IMG/VR virus record: IMGVR_UViG_3300028588_000003
Location: 1-45,255 of that record
Length of the DNA stretch: 45,255 nucleotides
Direction: 5' to 3' (one strand)
From: a virus
Position 1 is the stretch's first letter, and the number at the start of each line of letters is the position of its first letter. Position numbers and translations under genes: made by a program. Of this stretch, positions 8,968 to 19,239 are shown piece by piece. The notes under the pieces are model-generated. The model saw only the letters and a program-made list of their open reading frames with translations, ran no database searches and was not told the DNA's origin.

Positions 8968-10179
8968 ATGGGAACCGCAAGCGGAGTTTTTAAGCAGGTC
9001 ACCTACAAACCGGAGACCATCTATGGCGTGGTGCCGGCGGCCACGGCCGCGCAGGCCATGCGCCGCGTGACTTCGTCCCTGGACCTGACCAAGGACACCT
9101 ACCAGTCGAACGAGATCCGCCCCGATTTCCAGGTCGGCGATATGCGCCACGGCCTGCGCAAGGTCGGCGGCAGCATTAACGGCGAGCTGTCGGCAAAGAC
9201 CTGGTCGGACTTCATCGCTGCAGCACTGAAGCAGGACTTCGTTGCTGGCGTCGTCGTCGCGAGCGCCTCGATCACCATCGGCGGTACCGCCGGCGCCTGG
9301 ACTCTCACGCGCGCTGCTGGTTCCTGGCTAACCGACGGCGTGAAGGTTGGCGATGTCGTGCGACTGACGGCTGGCGCGTTTAACGCGGCCAACAGCGGCA
9401 AAAATATCCAGGTAACCGCCGTCACTGCCACCGTGCTGACCGGCATCGTGCTCAATGCGTCGGCTCTGGTGGCGCAGGGTCCCATCGCCAGCGCGACCCT
9501 GTCCGTGTTCGGCAAGAAGGCCTTGGTGCCGCAGACCGGCCATACCGACAAGTCGTTCTCGATCGAGCACTGGTTCCCGGACGTTCCGGCCAGCGAGGTC
9601 TACAGCGGCTGCAAAGTCTCCAAGATCTCGATCAACCTGCCGGCAAGCGGTATGGCGACTATCACCGTCGAGCTCACCGGCAAGGACGTGGTCGGCGCCG
9701 CGGCCCAGTACTTCACGACGCCGACGTCTGTGACCGTGACCGGCACCATGGCGGCCGTCAACGGCGTCGTCAAGGTCGGTACCGCCACCGGCGGCACCAT
9801 CACGAGCGCGAGTCTGGAGATCTCCTGCGAGCAGTCGAACGAGCCGGGCATCGGTTCGAATGTCGCTGACCAAGTGGCTACTGGCCGCGTCATCGTGACC
9901 GGCCAGATCACCGCCAAGTTCGACTCGACCGCGCTGCGCGATGCGTTCTACAACGAGACCGAGGTGTCGGCCTACCTGGCATTCACGTCGGACAACTCGG
10001 CAGGTTCGGACTTCATCGCCTTCAGCATGGGGCGCTTGAAGCTCAACGGCGCAGCGAAAGATGACGGCGAGAAGATCCTGATCCAGACCATTCCATTCCA
10101 GGCGCTGCTGAACGGCGCCGGCGGCGCCAGCCAGGCGACCGACCTGACCACGATCGCCGTGCAGGACAGCGCGGCCTGA
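8968..10179 (+). CDS. Major tail (tube) protein
   Basis: Strong RBS GAAGGAGAAAC before ATG 8968. 403 aa. Lies directly upstream of the chaperone and tape-measure pair. Confidence 0.75.
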   Translation: MGTASGVFKQVTYKPETIYGVVPAATAAQAMRRVTSSLDLTKDTYQSNEIRPDFQVGDMRHGLRKVGGSINGELSAKTWSDFIAAALKQDFVAGVVVASASITIGGTAGAWTLTRAAGSWLTDGVKVGDVVRLTAGAFNAANSGKNIQVTAVTATVLTGIVLNASALVAQGPIASATLSVFGKKALVPQTGHTDKSFSIEHWFPDVPASEVYSGCKVSKISINLPASGMATITVELTGKDVVGAAAQYFTTPTSVTVTGTMAAVNGVVKVGTATGGTITSASLEISCEQSNEPGIGSNVADQVATGRVIVTGQITAKFDSTALRDAFYNETEVSAYLAFTSDNSAGSDFIAFSMGRLKLNGAAKDDGEKILIQTIPFQALLNGAGGASQATDLTTIAVQDSAA

Positions 10180-10297
10180 TCGTAACCCTTAGCGCGGCCT
10201 CTCCGGCCGCACCACCAGCACCGACTGGCTGCCGTCTCCTTTCGCGGGAGCGGCGGCTGGCACGGGCATTTTCCTCCACGCGAAAGTGAGAACCTGT

Positions 10298-10750
10298 ATG
10301 AACCTGAACACCGCACAACCGTCCGGCTTGCTGACCAAATTAGTTTCGTCGCTCGATATCGACGCCTTCGACGATGTCCCGACCGGCAAGCTGTACCTGC
10401 TCAACCCGAAGACGAAGGAAAAGACCAATACTTTCATCGAGCTCGCCAGCCCGGAGCATGAGTCGCGCAAGCGCATTGACCTGGCTCGCACTCGCCGCCT
10501 GCGCGCCGAATTTGCCGCGAACGGCAAGCTGGAATCGCGCGATCCGCTGGAAGACATCGAGGAAGAGACCGACTACCTGGTCGCTGCCTGCCTTGGCTGG
10601 AACGTCGTCCGCGGCGGCCTGCCGGTCGACTTCAACGCGGCAAACGTCCGTGAGCTGCTGACCGATCCGAAAAAGCAGTGGGTGCGCGCGCAAGTCTCGG
10701 CCGGCATCAGCAAGACCGAGCTTTTTATCGTCGACTCCGCGAAAGCCTAG
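10298..10750 (+). CDS. Tail assembly chaperone (gpG analogue)
   Basis: Acidic 150-aa ORF between the major tail and tape-measure genes, with an overlapping -1 frame ORF at its 3' end. Confidence 0.75.
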   Translation: MNLNTAQPSGLLTKLVSSLDIDAFDDVPTGKLYLLNPKTKEKTNTFIELASPEHESRKRIDLARTRRLRAEFAANGKLESRDPLEDIEEETDYLVAACLGWNVVRGGLPVDFNAANVRELLTDPKKQWVRAQVSAGISKTELFIVDSAKA

Positions 10751-11085
10751 CGGCTTGCGCCCGGGCGGAGCACGAGCTCGCCGCCCGGCAAGGTGATGGC
10801 GCGTCGTTGCGCACGCATTTGCAACGCGCCGCCAGGAATACCGGCGAGGTCGATCCCCTGCTGAAGGTTGATTGGCCGAGCGTCGGTTACCCGCTCTGGC
10901 GTGCCTTCTGCGAGATGGGGCGGCCGCCGGCGGTATCTGGCCTGGCCGAGATCACCTCGCAGGAGATCCTGGCCTACCAGCAGATTGAGGGCGTGTCCTT
11001 CACATCCTGGGAGCTGAGCATCATCAGGATGTTCGACAAGATCGCGCTCGAATCGGCGCACAAGCAGCAATCCAAAAGCCCCTAA
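10726..11085 (+). CDS. T-frame extension of the tail assembly chaperone (gpGT analogue, reached by -1 frameshift)
   Basis: The -1 frame is open from 10678 with no usable internal start before residue ~80. A T5 run (CTTTTTA, 10721-10727) sits 7 codons before the G stop. Confidence 0.6.
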   Translation, partial: YRRLRESLAACARAEHELAARQGDGASLRTHLQRAARNTGEVDPLLKVDWPSVGYPLWRAFCEMGRPPAVSGLAEITSQEILAYQQIEGVSFTSWELSIIRMFDKIALESAHKQQSKSP

Positions 11086-11115
11086 GCGCAGCCGTGCCAG
11101 GGGCTTTTCCTTTTT
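11074..11115 (+). terminator. Intrinsic terminator-like hairpin before the tape-measure gene
   Basis: AAAAGCCCCT (11074-11083) pairs with AGGGGCTTTT (11099-11108), followed by CCTTTTT. Confidence 0.6.
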
Positions 11116-11134
11116 ACCTCAGGTGGAGAAGATC

Positions 11135-14100
11135 ATGATCATCGGCGACATGGAAATCCGGCTGCGCGCCGATATCGCACGCCTGCAGCGCGACATGGAC
11201 TCGGCGCGCCAGGTGGTCGGCAACGCTACCGCTGGCATGGAGCGCGCCGCCAACGCGGCAAAAGCTGCTTTCGCCGGTATGGCCTCGGGCCTGGGCGGCC
11301 GCGAGATCATTCGAATGGCCGACGAATACACGAAATTTACCGCTCAGCTGAAACTGGCCACTCAGTCGCAGCGCGAGTACGCGCAGGCCTATGCTTCGGT
11401 CAAGAGCATCGCTACCGCTTCGCAGCAGGATTTGAGCGCCACTGGCATGCTGTACGCCCGGATCGCCAACGGCACGCGCGAGCTGGGGGTTAGCCAGAAG
11501 CAGGTAGCAGACATCACCAACACGGTCAACATGGCCCTGAAGGTATCGGGCGCCACCGCATCGGAATCCGCATCTGCTCAGCTGCAGTTATCCCAGGCGT
11601 TCGCCTCGGGCACGCTGCGCGGCGAGGAATTCAACGCCGTTAACGAAGCCGCGCCACGCCTCATGCAAGCGCTGGCAGATGGCATCGGCGTGCCCGTAGG
11701 CGCTCTCAAGAAAATGGCTGAAGAAGGCCAGATCACGTCCAAAATTATGTCGGACGTGCTGCCGAAGGCGTTGGCCGGCCTGCAGGAAGAGGCGAAGGAA
11801 GTCCAGACCATTGCTGGCGCCTTCACAGTTCTGAAGAACAACGCCATGGAGTTTGTAGGTGTGCAGGCCAATGCGAGTGGGGCAGTGTCCGCGCTGACGG
11901 GCGGCATTGGGCTACTTGCCGACAACCTCAACGTCGTAGCCGGTGCGATTGCGACCGTCACCGCAGCAAAGCTGAGCTCTTGGGCCGCTTCGTTCGTCAC
12001 CGATACCTATCGCCAGGTTGTTGCCACCAAGGAGCTGCAGGCCGCTACTCTTGCGCGCGCTGTGACCACGACGGAAGCGGCGGCACTGGCTGCCAATGCG
12101 AAGATGGCGGAAGCGCAGGCCGATGTGCGGGCGACAGCTGCGGCTGCAACCTTGGCTGGTGCGCGAGTGGCGGAGTTGCGTTCGGCCGTGCTGGCTGCTG
12201 ACGGCGCAGTGGCTCTCGCGATCGCGACCAACGGTCTGATCCCAGCGCAGGCCCGCGCGCTCGCGCTCGAAGAGGCTCGCACAATCGCCCTGGCAGGTCA
12301 GGCTGTCGCACAAAATGCGGCAACCGTGGCCGCGAACGCCTCGACTGCCGCTCTCGGCGCACAGGCCGCCGCTGCCACCGTCGGCGCCACTGCAATGGGC
12401 GGACTGCGCGCTGCGGTGGGCTTCCTTGGCGGCCCAATCGGCGCAATCGTAACGCTTCTCGGCGTCGGCGCGATGGCCTGGTCGCACTGGGGAAACTCGG
12501 CGAAGGAGGCGAACGACAAGACGGCGCAATCGGTTCAGGAAACCCATGACGAAGTGCTGTCCCGGCTGCAGAAGCAAATTGACAAGCTGAACGAACGTGC
12601 CGCCCTGGCCAAGGCTCAGCCGAACCTGAAGGTCGAGAACGCTGCTGACTTGGAGCGATTGGCATCCCTCTGGGCCGAGTACAACGACGCGAAAAACAAC
12701 ACTGGCAGGTTCGCAGGGGCGACCGCTGAATACCGTGGCGTCATGGAGCGTATCGCACTTCGCGAGCACGGCGAGCTGCTGCAGAAGTTGACCGCCATGC
12801 AGGCGGCGCAAACCGCTGCTGCCCAGAAAGGAGTTGATACTCGCGTCGCTGCCTTCATGAAGGAGAACGCCACCAAGAAGGAGCAGATGGCCGCCGAGCT
12901 CAAGGCCATCGAGGACCTGAAAGGTAAGACCGCCGAGTACGGCGAAATGGAGCGCCGCATTCGCGAGAAGTATGCCGACAAAGGTGCCGCAGCCGCCATC
13001 AAGCAAGAGGCCACCGCCTACCAGAATCTGATGACGTCCATCCGCGAGAAGGTCGCGGCCAACCAGCTGGAGCTGAGCGGCTACGACAAGCTGACCGAAT
13101 CGCAGAAGGCCACCATCAAGCTGGACGCCGAGATCAGCACCGGCAAGAACAAGCTGAGCGCCGATAGCATCAAGCTGGCGCGCGCGGAGATCGAGCGCCT
13201 GGAGGTGCAGGAGCAAGCGCTGGAGTTCCAGAAGCTGCGCGCGAAGGCGACCGAGACGGAATCCAAGGCATTTTCGGATTACCTCGACAAGCTGCGCGCC
13301 AGCACCTCGGCGGTTGAGGAGCGGATCGTCCAGATGCAGCGGGAAATCGACCTGCACGGCCTGTCCGCCGCTGCAGCCGTTGATGCCGAAAGGGCGAAGC
13401 TCGAGGCGAAGCTGGCCCTGGGCCCGGCGACGCATGCCGAGCTGATCGCACTGGACCAGCAGATCGAGAAGCTGGGTCAGCTCGCCGACCTGGTGCGCAA
13501 GAAGGAAACGCTGGACGCCAGCAAGAAGGCGACCGACCAGATCGTCGAGGACCAAAAGCGCATCTGGGGCGACATCGAGCGCACTGCGCACGATACCTTC
13601 ATCAGCATCTTCGATAGCGGAAAGTCGGCCTTCGACCGCCTGAAGGACGCGCTCAAGAACGGGCTGTACGAGCTGCTGTATCAGATGACGGTGAAGAAGT
13701 GGATCATCAACCTCCAGGCATCTTCCTCGGGCGGATCGCTCGTGCAGGCGCTGACGTCGTCGAGCTCCAGTGGCGCGGGCGGTTCCAGCATCTTCGGTAC
13801 GGCCTCGAACCTGTTCGAAGTGGGCAAGTCGATCTTCGGCGGGTTCAAGACTGGCCTGTCGTCCTACCTGGGTCAGGGCGTTTCGTACGTCGGTAACGCC
13901 GTCAACTCCAACGCCATGTTCAGCTTCGGCCAGGGCATGCAGGGCTTCAGCGCCGGCGGCGTGGGCAGCGGGATCAGCGGCGGTGCCGCCAGTGCTGGTG
14001 GCAGCTTCTCGTCGGCGCTGGGCGTCTCGGGCTGGGTTGCGGCCGGCATGGCCCTGGCGGATGGCTTGTTCAAGAAAGGCTTCAACGACACCAGCACGAT

Positions 14101-15847
14101 CCAGAAGAAGGACTACGTGCACCCGCTGGTCGCCGAGTCCTTGCTCTTCAACAAGGTTTTCCAGTCGCTGGGTATGTCGAGCAAGACGGCGAATCTGCTG
14201 TCGGGTGCGAGCATCGCGACCGCGCTGTTCGGCCGCAAGGCGCCGGAGATCGAGTCCCAGGGCATCCAGGGCACGTTCGGCGGCGCCGGCTTCTCGGGCC
14301 AAGCCTACGCCAACGTGGTCGAGAAAGGCGGCCTGTTCCGCAGCACGAAGCGCTACGTCTCGACCGGCAATCTGTCGGCTGACCAGGATGCAACCTTCGA
14401 CGCCACGTACAAGGCGCTGGTCGACGCGGCCAAGGGCTTCGCATCGACGCTGGGTATCGAGGCCAGCGTCATCGACGGCTACAACAAGCAGATCAAGCTC
14501 GAGCTCGGGAAGGACGAGGCGAAGAACCAGGAGGCGATCGCCAAGCTGTTCGGCGAGATCGGCGACGAACTGTCGCTGCGCCTGGTGCCGGGTCTGTCCA
14601 GCTTCGCCCTGGCCGGCGAGGCCACGAGCGCGACGCTGCAGCGCCTGGTGACCGACTACGCGACGGTCGACGAGGCGCTGACCGCCATCGGCACGCAGTT
14701 CGGTGCTGTCGGCGTGGCGTCGCTGGAAGCGCGCGAGCGCCTGCTGGCGGCGGCAGGTGGCCTGGAAGCATTCGCGGCAAACACCGCGGGCTTCCAGCAG
14801 AACTTCCTGAGCGAGGCGGAACGCAACGCGCCGGTGTTGAAAGCCGTGACGGAGCAGCTGGCAGCCCTGGGCCTGGCGGGCGTGGATACGCGCGACGAGT
14901 TCAAGCAGGTGGTGCTGGGGCTGGACCTGACGACTGATGCTGGCGCCAAGCAGTACGGCGCACTGATGAAGCTGCAGGCCGGCTTCGCCCAGGTGTATCC
15001 GGCGGTCGACCACGCAGCGATCGCAGCGCAGGCGCTGGCCGATGCCCAGGCGCGCGCCAACGAGGTGATGCGGGAGCGTGAGGAACTGCAGGATCGCCTC
15101 GACTCCATGCTGATGAGTACTGATCAGCTACGTGAAAAGGAAATCGCTAAGTACGACGAGACCAACAGGGCACTGTTGCACCAGATCTACGCTTACGAGG
15201 ACCAGAAAACGGCAGCGGAAAAGGCGTCCGAAGCATGGGACAAGGCTACGGCTGCGATCCAGGAGGCGCAGGAAAAAGCCGCCGCGTCGATTCGTGCGAT
15301 CGGCGATGCGTTCGCCGACTCGATCCAGCGTGCACGGGACGAAGCGAAGGCGCTGCGTGAGTTCGACGCAGCGCTGAAGCTGGGCGCCCTGTCCGCGCTG
15401 GATCCGGACGCTCGGTACCGAGCTGCCAAGTCGCAGTTCGAAACCGTCGGCGACACCCAGTCGATGCAGGCCTTCCTGCAGGCGTCGAAGGACCGTGGCG
15501 TGGACTCGTTCTACTACGAGCGGGATTTCGCGTCGGTGCAAAAGGCGCTGGCGGAATCGATCAAGGCTGCTGACGCCCGCCCCGCGGCGCTGGCCGGGCT
15601 TTACCAAGACATGGCGGGCTGGCTCAGCGCGCCGACGGCTTCCATTGCAGCGCCCACGCCTCCAGCGGTGCAGACCGGCAGCATGTCCGGCAGCTCGGCC
15701 CAGGTGAACAAAGGATTGGAGGACCAGATGGAAAAGATGATCGACCGGCTCGGCGTGCTGGAGAGGATTGCTGACAGCACCAGCCAGACCGCCTTCTACA
15801 TCGATCAGGTCACTGGTGGCGGGTCAGAAATGCGGGTGAAGGAATGA
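11135..15847 (+). CDS. Tape measure protein (about 1570 aa)
   Basis: Largest ORF in the window, Ala/Gln-rich coiled-coil composition, directly after the G/GT genes. GGAG RBS lies 6 nt before ATG 11135. Confidence 0.9.
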   Translation: MIIGDMEIRLRADIARLQRDMDSARQVVGNATAGMERAANAAKAAFAGMASGLGGREIIRMADEYTKFTAQLKLATQSQREYAQAYASVKSIATASQQDLSATGMLYARIANGTRELGVSQKQVADITNTVNMALKVSGATASESASAQLQLSQAFASGTLRGEEFNAVNEAAPRLMQALADGIGVPVGALKKMAEEGQITSKIMSDVLPKALAGLQEEAKEVQTIAGAFTVLKNNAMEFVGVQANASGAVSALTGGIGLLADNLNVVAGAIATVTAAKLSSWAASFVTDTYRQVVATKELQAATLARAVTTTEAAALAANAKMAEAQADVRATAAAATLAGARVAELRSAVLAADGAVALAIATNGLIPAQARALALEEARTIALAGQAVAQNAATVAANASTAALGAQAAAATVGATAMGGLRAAVGFLGGPIGAIVTLLGVGAMAWSHWGNSAKEANDKTAQSVQETHDEVLSRLQKQIDKLNERAALAKAQPNLKVENAADLERLASLWAEYNDAKNNTGRFAGATAEYRGVMERIALREHGELLQKLTAMQAAQTAAAQKGVDTRVAAFMKENATKKEQMAAELKAIEDLKGKTAEYGEMERRIREKYADKGAAAAIKQEATAYQNLMTSIREKVAANQLELSGYDKLTESQKATIKLDAEISTGKNKLSADSIKLARAEIERLEVQEQALEFQKLRAKATETESKAFSDYLDKLRASTSAVEERIVQMQREIDLHGLSAAAAVDAERAKLEAKLALGPATHAELIALDQQIEKLGQLADLVRKKETLDASKKATDQIVEDQKRIWGDIERTAHDTFISIFDSGKSAFDRLKDALKNGLYELLYQMTVKKWIINLQASSSGGSLVQALTSSSSSGAGGSSIFGTASNLFEVGKSIFGGFKTGLSSYLGQGVSYVGNAVNSNAMFSFGQGMQGFSAGGVGSGISGGAASAGGSFSSALGVSGWVAAGMALADGLFKKGFNDTSTIQKKDYVHPLVAESLLFNKVFQSLGMSSKTANLLSGASIATALFGRKAPEIESQGIQGTFGGAGFSGQAYANVVEKGGLFRSTKRYVSTGNLSADQDATFDATYKALVDAAKGFASTLGIEASVIDGYNKQIKLELGKDEAKNQEAIAKLFGEIGDELSLRLVPGLSSFALAGEATSATLQRLVTDYATVDEALTAIGTQFGAVGVASLEARERLLAAAGGLEAFAANTAGFQQNFLSEAERNAPVLKAVTEQLAALGLAGVDTRDEFKQVVLGLDLTTDAGAKQYGALMKLQAGFAQVYPAVDHAAIAAQALADAQARANEVMREREELQDRLDSMLMSTDQLREKEIAKYDETNRALLHQIYAYEDQKTAAEKASEAWDKATAAIQEAQEKAAASIRAIGDAFADSIQRARDEAKALREFDAALKLGALSALDPDARYRAAKSQFETVGDTQSMQAFLQASKDRGVDSFYYERDFASVQKALAESIKAADARPAALAGLYQDMAGWLSAPTASIAAPTPPAVQTGSMSGSSAQVNKGLEDQMEKMIDRLGVLERIADSTSQTAFYIDQVTGGGSEMRVKE

Positions 15848-16758
15848 CGGCACCGGTCAGCTTTATCCGACCGCTCACAATCGTTCCGAGCATGATCACC
15901 AGTACCACGGCGGTGACGAAGTTGCCGGCCGAAGGCGAGTGGAGTGCGATGGGCACCTACACCAAGGGCCAAGTCGTCTTCCGCACAGCAGTCGGGCGAC
16001 GCTTCGAGAACAAGATTCCCGGCATGAACGGGAATCTGCCCGAGGAGGACAGGGAGCGCTGGTACGACCTCGGCGCCACTGACCAGACGACGATGTTCGA
16101 TGCTGAGGTCAGCTCCGAATCGATCGCTCCCGACGTCCTAACGACGGTGTTTCGCCCTGGTGCGTTCAATGCGGGGTGGCTGCTCAAACTAACCGGCACA
16201 TCATTGACTTTCACCGTCAAGGACGCACCAGGTGGGGCGACGGTGTTCACCGAGACGATTTCACTGGAGGACTCTCAACCAGACGACTACTGGGAGCATT
16301 TATTCGATCCATACAGACCAAGGACGGAATATCTGGTCACCGGTCTGGAGCCCTACATGAGCTGCGAGGTGACCGTTTCGATAGCGTTCCCTGGCAGTGT
16401 GGCGCGGTGCGGCATGGCCTCCCTGGGTGACTTGGTTTCCGTCGGCGGCCTGGCACTCACGGGCGCCACTGCCGAACCGAAGTCGTACTCGCGAATCGTG
16501 ACGGACGAGCGAGGAAAGACCAGTATCGAGACAGGTAAATCAGCGCTCGACCTCACGGGCAGTTGCCTCGTCGCTCTGGATGTCGCGGACACTGTGGTCG
16601 ATGCGCTGCGGTCCACCCTTGGGGTTCCGTGCCCCTGGATTCTCACTGACTCGCAGAACATGCGGTCCTTACGTGGCTTCGGGCTAGGAACCTTCAAGCT
16701 GACTTACGACACCACCGACAAGGCTCGCCTTTCGTACAACATTTCAGGAATGATCTGA
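15844..16758 (+). CDS. Minor/distal tail protein (304 aa)
   Basis: ATGA-coupled to the tape-measure gene. Assignment is by position only. Confidence 0.55.
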   Translation: MTAPVSFIRPLTIVPSMITSTTAVTKLPAEGEWSAMGTYTKGQVVFRTAVGRRFENKIPGMNGNLPEEDRERWYDLGATDQTTMFDAEVSSESIAPDVLTTVFRPGAFNAGWLLKLTGTSLTFTVKDAPGGATVFTETISLEDSQPDDYWEHLFDPYRPRTEYLVTGLEPYMSCEVTVSIAFPGSVARCGMASLGDLVSVGGLALTGATAEPKSYSRIVTDERGKTSIETGKSALDLTGSCLVALDVADTVVDALRSTLGVPCPWILTDSQNMRSLRGFGLGTFKLTYDTTDKARLSYNISGMI

Positions 16759-17441
16759 TGCCGACCACACCACCCACCATCAGCGCCGCACCAGCAGCGC
16801 CGCAACGCGGCGTAAAGGCCACTTTCTCGGCCCGCGTCGACGCCTTCGTCACCTGGCTGGTTGCAGCGGTCGGGCAATTCGCTGCGCTGGCCACCAACGT
16901 CTACAACAACGCGGTCGAGACATTCAACAATGCGACCACGGCCAGCACGGCGGCCAGCACGGCAACCAGTGCCGCAGCCGCAGCAGTGGCCACCGCAAAC
17001 GCCACCTTGTGGGTCAGCGGCCAGTCCGTTGCACAGGATGCGAACAAGATCAGCCCGCTCGATCGCCAGACGTACCGGCGCAAGACGGCATCGGGTGCGG
17101 GCACCACTGACCCGGCGCTGGACACGACGAATTATGTTCCGCTCCTACCGTTGACTAGGTCGTTCACATCGGCAGAGCAGCTCGTTACGTCATCGGGGAA
17201 TCTGACGATTGCGCACGGCTTGGGTGCGATTCCGAAGTATCTACTCCCATCCGTCCGGGACGCTTCGAGTGGCGCAGTTTTCTACCCCGGCCCCGCGCTC
17301 GATACCGCTGGTGGATCTACGGTCGGGTGCGTTTTGTCAGCAGATAGCACAAATATTTATGTCTATTGTGGCACTGCTAGCTCAGCGTTTTATGGGATGA
17401 CCAACGCTAATGCACGACTCACCGTGAGGGCCTACGTATGA
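16758..17441 (+). CDS. Tail fibre-like protein (227 aa)
   Basis: The N-terminus PQRGVKATFSARVDAFVTWL...NNAVETFNNATTASTAASTATSAAAAA matches the common fibre N-terminal anchor pattern, judged by eye. Confidence 0.55.
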   Translation: MPTTPPTISAAPAAPQRGVKATFSARVDAFVTWLVAAVGQFAALATNVYNNAVETFNNATTASTAASTATSAAAAAVATANATLWVSGQSVAQDANKISPLDRQTYRRKTASGAGTTDPALDTTNYVPLLPLTRSFTSAEQLVTSSGNLTIAHGLGAIPKYLLPSVRDASSGAVFYPGPALDTAGGSTVGCVLSADSTNIYVYCGTASSAFYGMTNANARLTVRAYV

Positions 17442-17932
17442 CCCAGTATTTCGTGAATGAGCAGGGCCGCTACATCGGCGGTTTCGACGGCGCAGAGCCG
17501 CCAGAGGGTGCAATCGAAGTACCCCATCCGCCGGCAGACGCGCGCATGGTGTGGGATGGCGAGCAGTTCGGCGTGGATCTGATGGGCCTGATAGCGTCGA
17601 AGAACACCGAGATCAACGCCTGGCGCGCGGCTGCGAACCTGTCCATGTTCCCGCACGCCGGCAAGCACATCGCCTGCGACGAGCTGTCCCGCTCCGATAT
17701 CGACGGCGTGGCCAACAACATCGCCCTCTTCGGCGAGTTCCCCGCCGGCTTCCCCGGCGCGTGGCGCGCGACGGACAACACGATGATCCCGCTGCCGGAC
17801 GTCGATGCCTTCCGCGCCATGTACGCCTCGATGACCGCCCAGGGCACCGAGAACTTCAACCACTCGCAGGAACTGAAAGCGCAGCTGGCTGCCGCCAGCA
17901 CGCCGGACGAGATCGCGGCAATCCAATGGTGA
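17438..17932 (+). CDS. DUF4376-like protein (fibre-associated)
   Basis: ...KNTEINAWRAAAN...GAWRATDNTMIPL...AASTPDEIAAIQW pattern. ATGA-coupled to the fibre gene. Confidence 0.55.
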   Translation: MTQYFVNEQGRYIGGFDGAEPPEGAIEVPHPPADARMVWDGEQFGVDLMGLIASKNTEINAWRAAANLSMFPHAGKHIACDELSRSDIDGVANNIALFGEFPAGFPGAWRATDNTMIPLPDVDAFRAMYASMTAQGTENFNHSQELKAQLAAASTPDEIAAIQW

Positions 17933-17936
17933 TGAC

Positions 17937-18401
17937 ATGCAAGTAGCCTTCTACAAAAGCACGCGTCCCGGCATCGCCGGCATCTACAACCGCCTGGTCG
18001 CTTGGTGGTCGAAATCTCGGTATTCGCACGTCGAGCTGATCGTGTCGACCGGCCGCGCCTGGTCGGCATCCTTCGAAGACGGCGGCGTGCGCAGCAAGCT
18101 GATCGACTTCGACCCGGAGAAGTGGGACCTGGTCGACGTGCCGGTGCACCTCGAGCCGGCGGCCGTGGACTGGTTCACCGCGCACCGCGGCGAAAAGTAC
18201 GACCTGCGCGGCAACCTGCAGTTCGTCATCGCGGCTGCCGGACACAGCGAGAAGCGCTGGTTCTGCTCCGAAGCCGTCGCGGCCGCGCTCGGCATTCCGG
18301 ATCCGTGGCGCTACGACCCGGGCACGCTGGCCAGCGCGCTCACCCTCCTGACCCGACCCGCTCCTGCGGGTTTTTTTACGCCTACCGAAAGGCCCATGTG
18401 A
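17937..18401 (+). CDS. Permuted papain-like (NlpC/P60 or YiiX/C92-like) peptidase candidate
   Basis: His-before-Cys order: YSHVELIV, then WFCSEAVAAALG. Lies next to the lysis genes. Confidence 0.5.
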   Translation: MQVAFYKSTRPGIAGIYNRLVAWWSKSRYSHVELIVSTGRAWSASFEDGGVRSKLIDFDPEKWDLVDVPVHLEPAAVDWFTAHRGEKYDLRGNLQFVIAAAGHSEKRWFCSEAVAAALGIPDPWRYDPGTLASALTLLTRPAPAGFFTPTERPM

Positions 18402-18745
18402 GCCCAATTTCCCAACAAGACGCCATGCGAATCGGCGGCCAGCAGCTGGTCCAGCTGCTCAACGAGGTGCGCGACAACCAGCTGGGCATGATGGCGAACT
18501 TCGACACCCTCTCGAAGAAAATGGCCGAGGTTCAGGCGTCGAATGATCGCTTGCTTTCCGGCTTTCCAGCCAACGACGTCGAGGGCCACCGCCGTTACCA
18601 CGAGTCCGTGATCGAGTGGCGTGAGCTGCGCAACAAGCTCGTGCGTGAAGCCCTGATCAAGATCGCCAGCGCAAGCGCCCTCGGCGCAGCCGGCTGGCTG
18701 CTGCTGACCATCTGGCAGTCCTTCAAGATGACGGTGCAGCGATGA
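18398..18745 (+). CDS. Membrane protein with C-terminal TM helix (lysis-cassette member, holin/antiholin candidate)
   Basis: GTG 18398 overlaps the upstream stop; ATG 18425 is an alternative start. The C-terminal segment ALGAAGWLLLTIWQSF is hydrophobic. Confidence 0.5.
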   Translation: MSPISQQDAMRIGGQQLVQLLNEVRDNQLGMMANFDTLSKKMAEVQASNDRLLSGFPANDVEGHRRYHESVIEWRELRNKLVREALIKIASASALGAAGWLLLTIWQSFKMTVQR

Positions 18746-19239
18746 GCCCGCTGCGTTTGCTGAACCTGGCCATCGTGCCGGCGCTGGCCGAGCTGGCACG
18801 CTGCGGGATCCCGGACACGATCGACGCCCGGCGCTTCCTGCTGGCGATCGCGCTGCAGGAATCCGGCCTGGCCCACCGGCGTCAGGTCGTCGCCGGCGGC
18901 GCCGAGAGCGGCCCGGCCGCGTCGTTCTGGCAGTTCGAACAGGGTGGCGGCTGCAAAGGTGTGCTGACGCACTACAGAGTGGCGCCTACCATGCGCACCC
19001 TGTGCGCCGACTTCAACGTCCAGCCGACCCCGGCAGGGCTGTGGGAGGCGATGCGCTACCAGGACACCGTCGCCGCGATCGCCGCGCGCCTGCTGCTCTA
19101 CACCCTGCCGTCGAAGCTGGCCACTACCGCCTGCGCCGGCTGGGCTCAATACCTCGCCGCCTGGCGCCCAGGCAGACCGCACCCCAACACCTGGTCCGCA
19201 AACTGGGACCTAGCCACCCTCACCGTAGGAGCGAAATAA
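18742..19239 (+). CDS. Lytic transglycosylase (SLT-type) endolysin
   Basis: Catalytic-Glu context LLAIALQESGLAHRRQ, and lysis-cassette position. Confidence 0.75.
   Translation: MSPLRLLNLAIVPALAELARCGIPDTIDARRFLLAIALQESGLAHRRQVVAGGAESGPAASFWQFEQGGGCKGVLTHYRVAPTMRTLCADFNVQPTPAGLWEAMRYQDTVAAIAARLLLYTLPSKLATTACAGWAQYLAAWRPGRPHPNTWSANWDLATLTVGAK

Noticed and set aside
11912-15013. 1033-aa minus-strand ORF inside the tape-measure gene. Many other long antisense ORFs of the same kind were seen, for example 986-2044 and 28469-29989.
   Set aside because: These have Arg/Gly/Leu-rich shadow-frame composition and no RBS. They are antisense to genes with clear family signatures and operon coupling.
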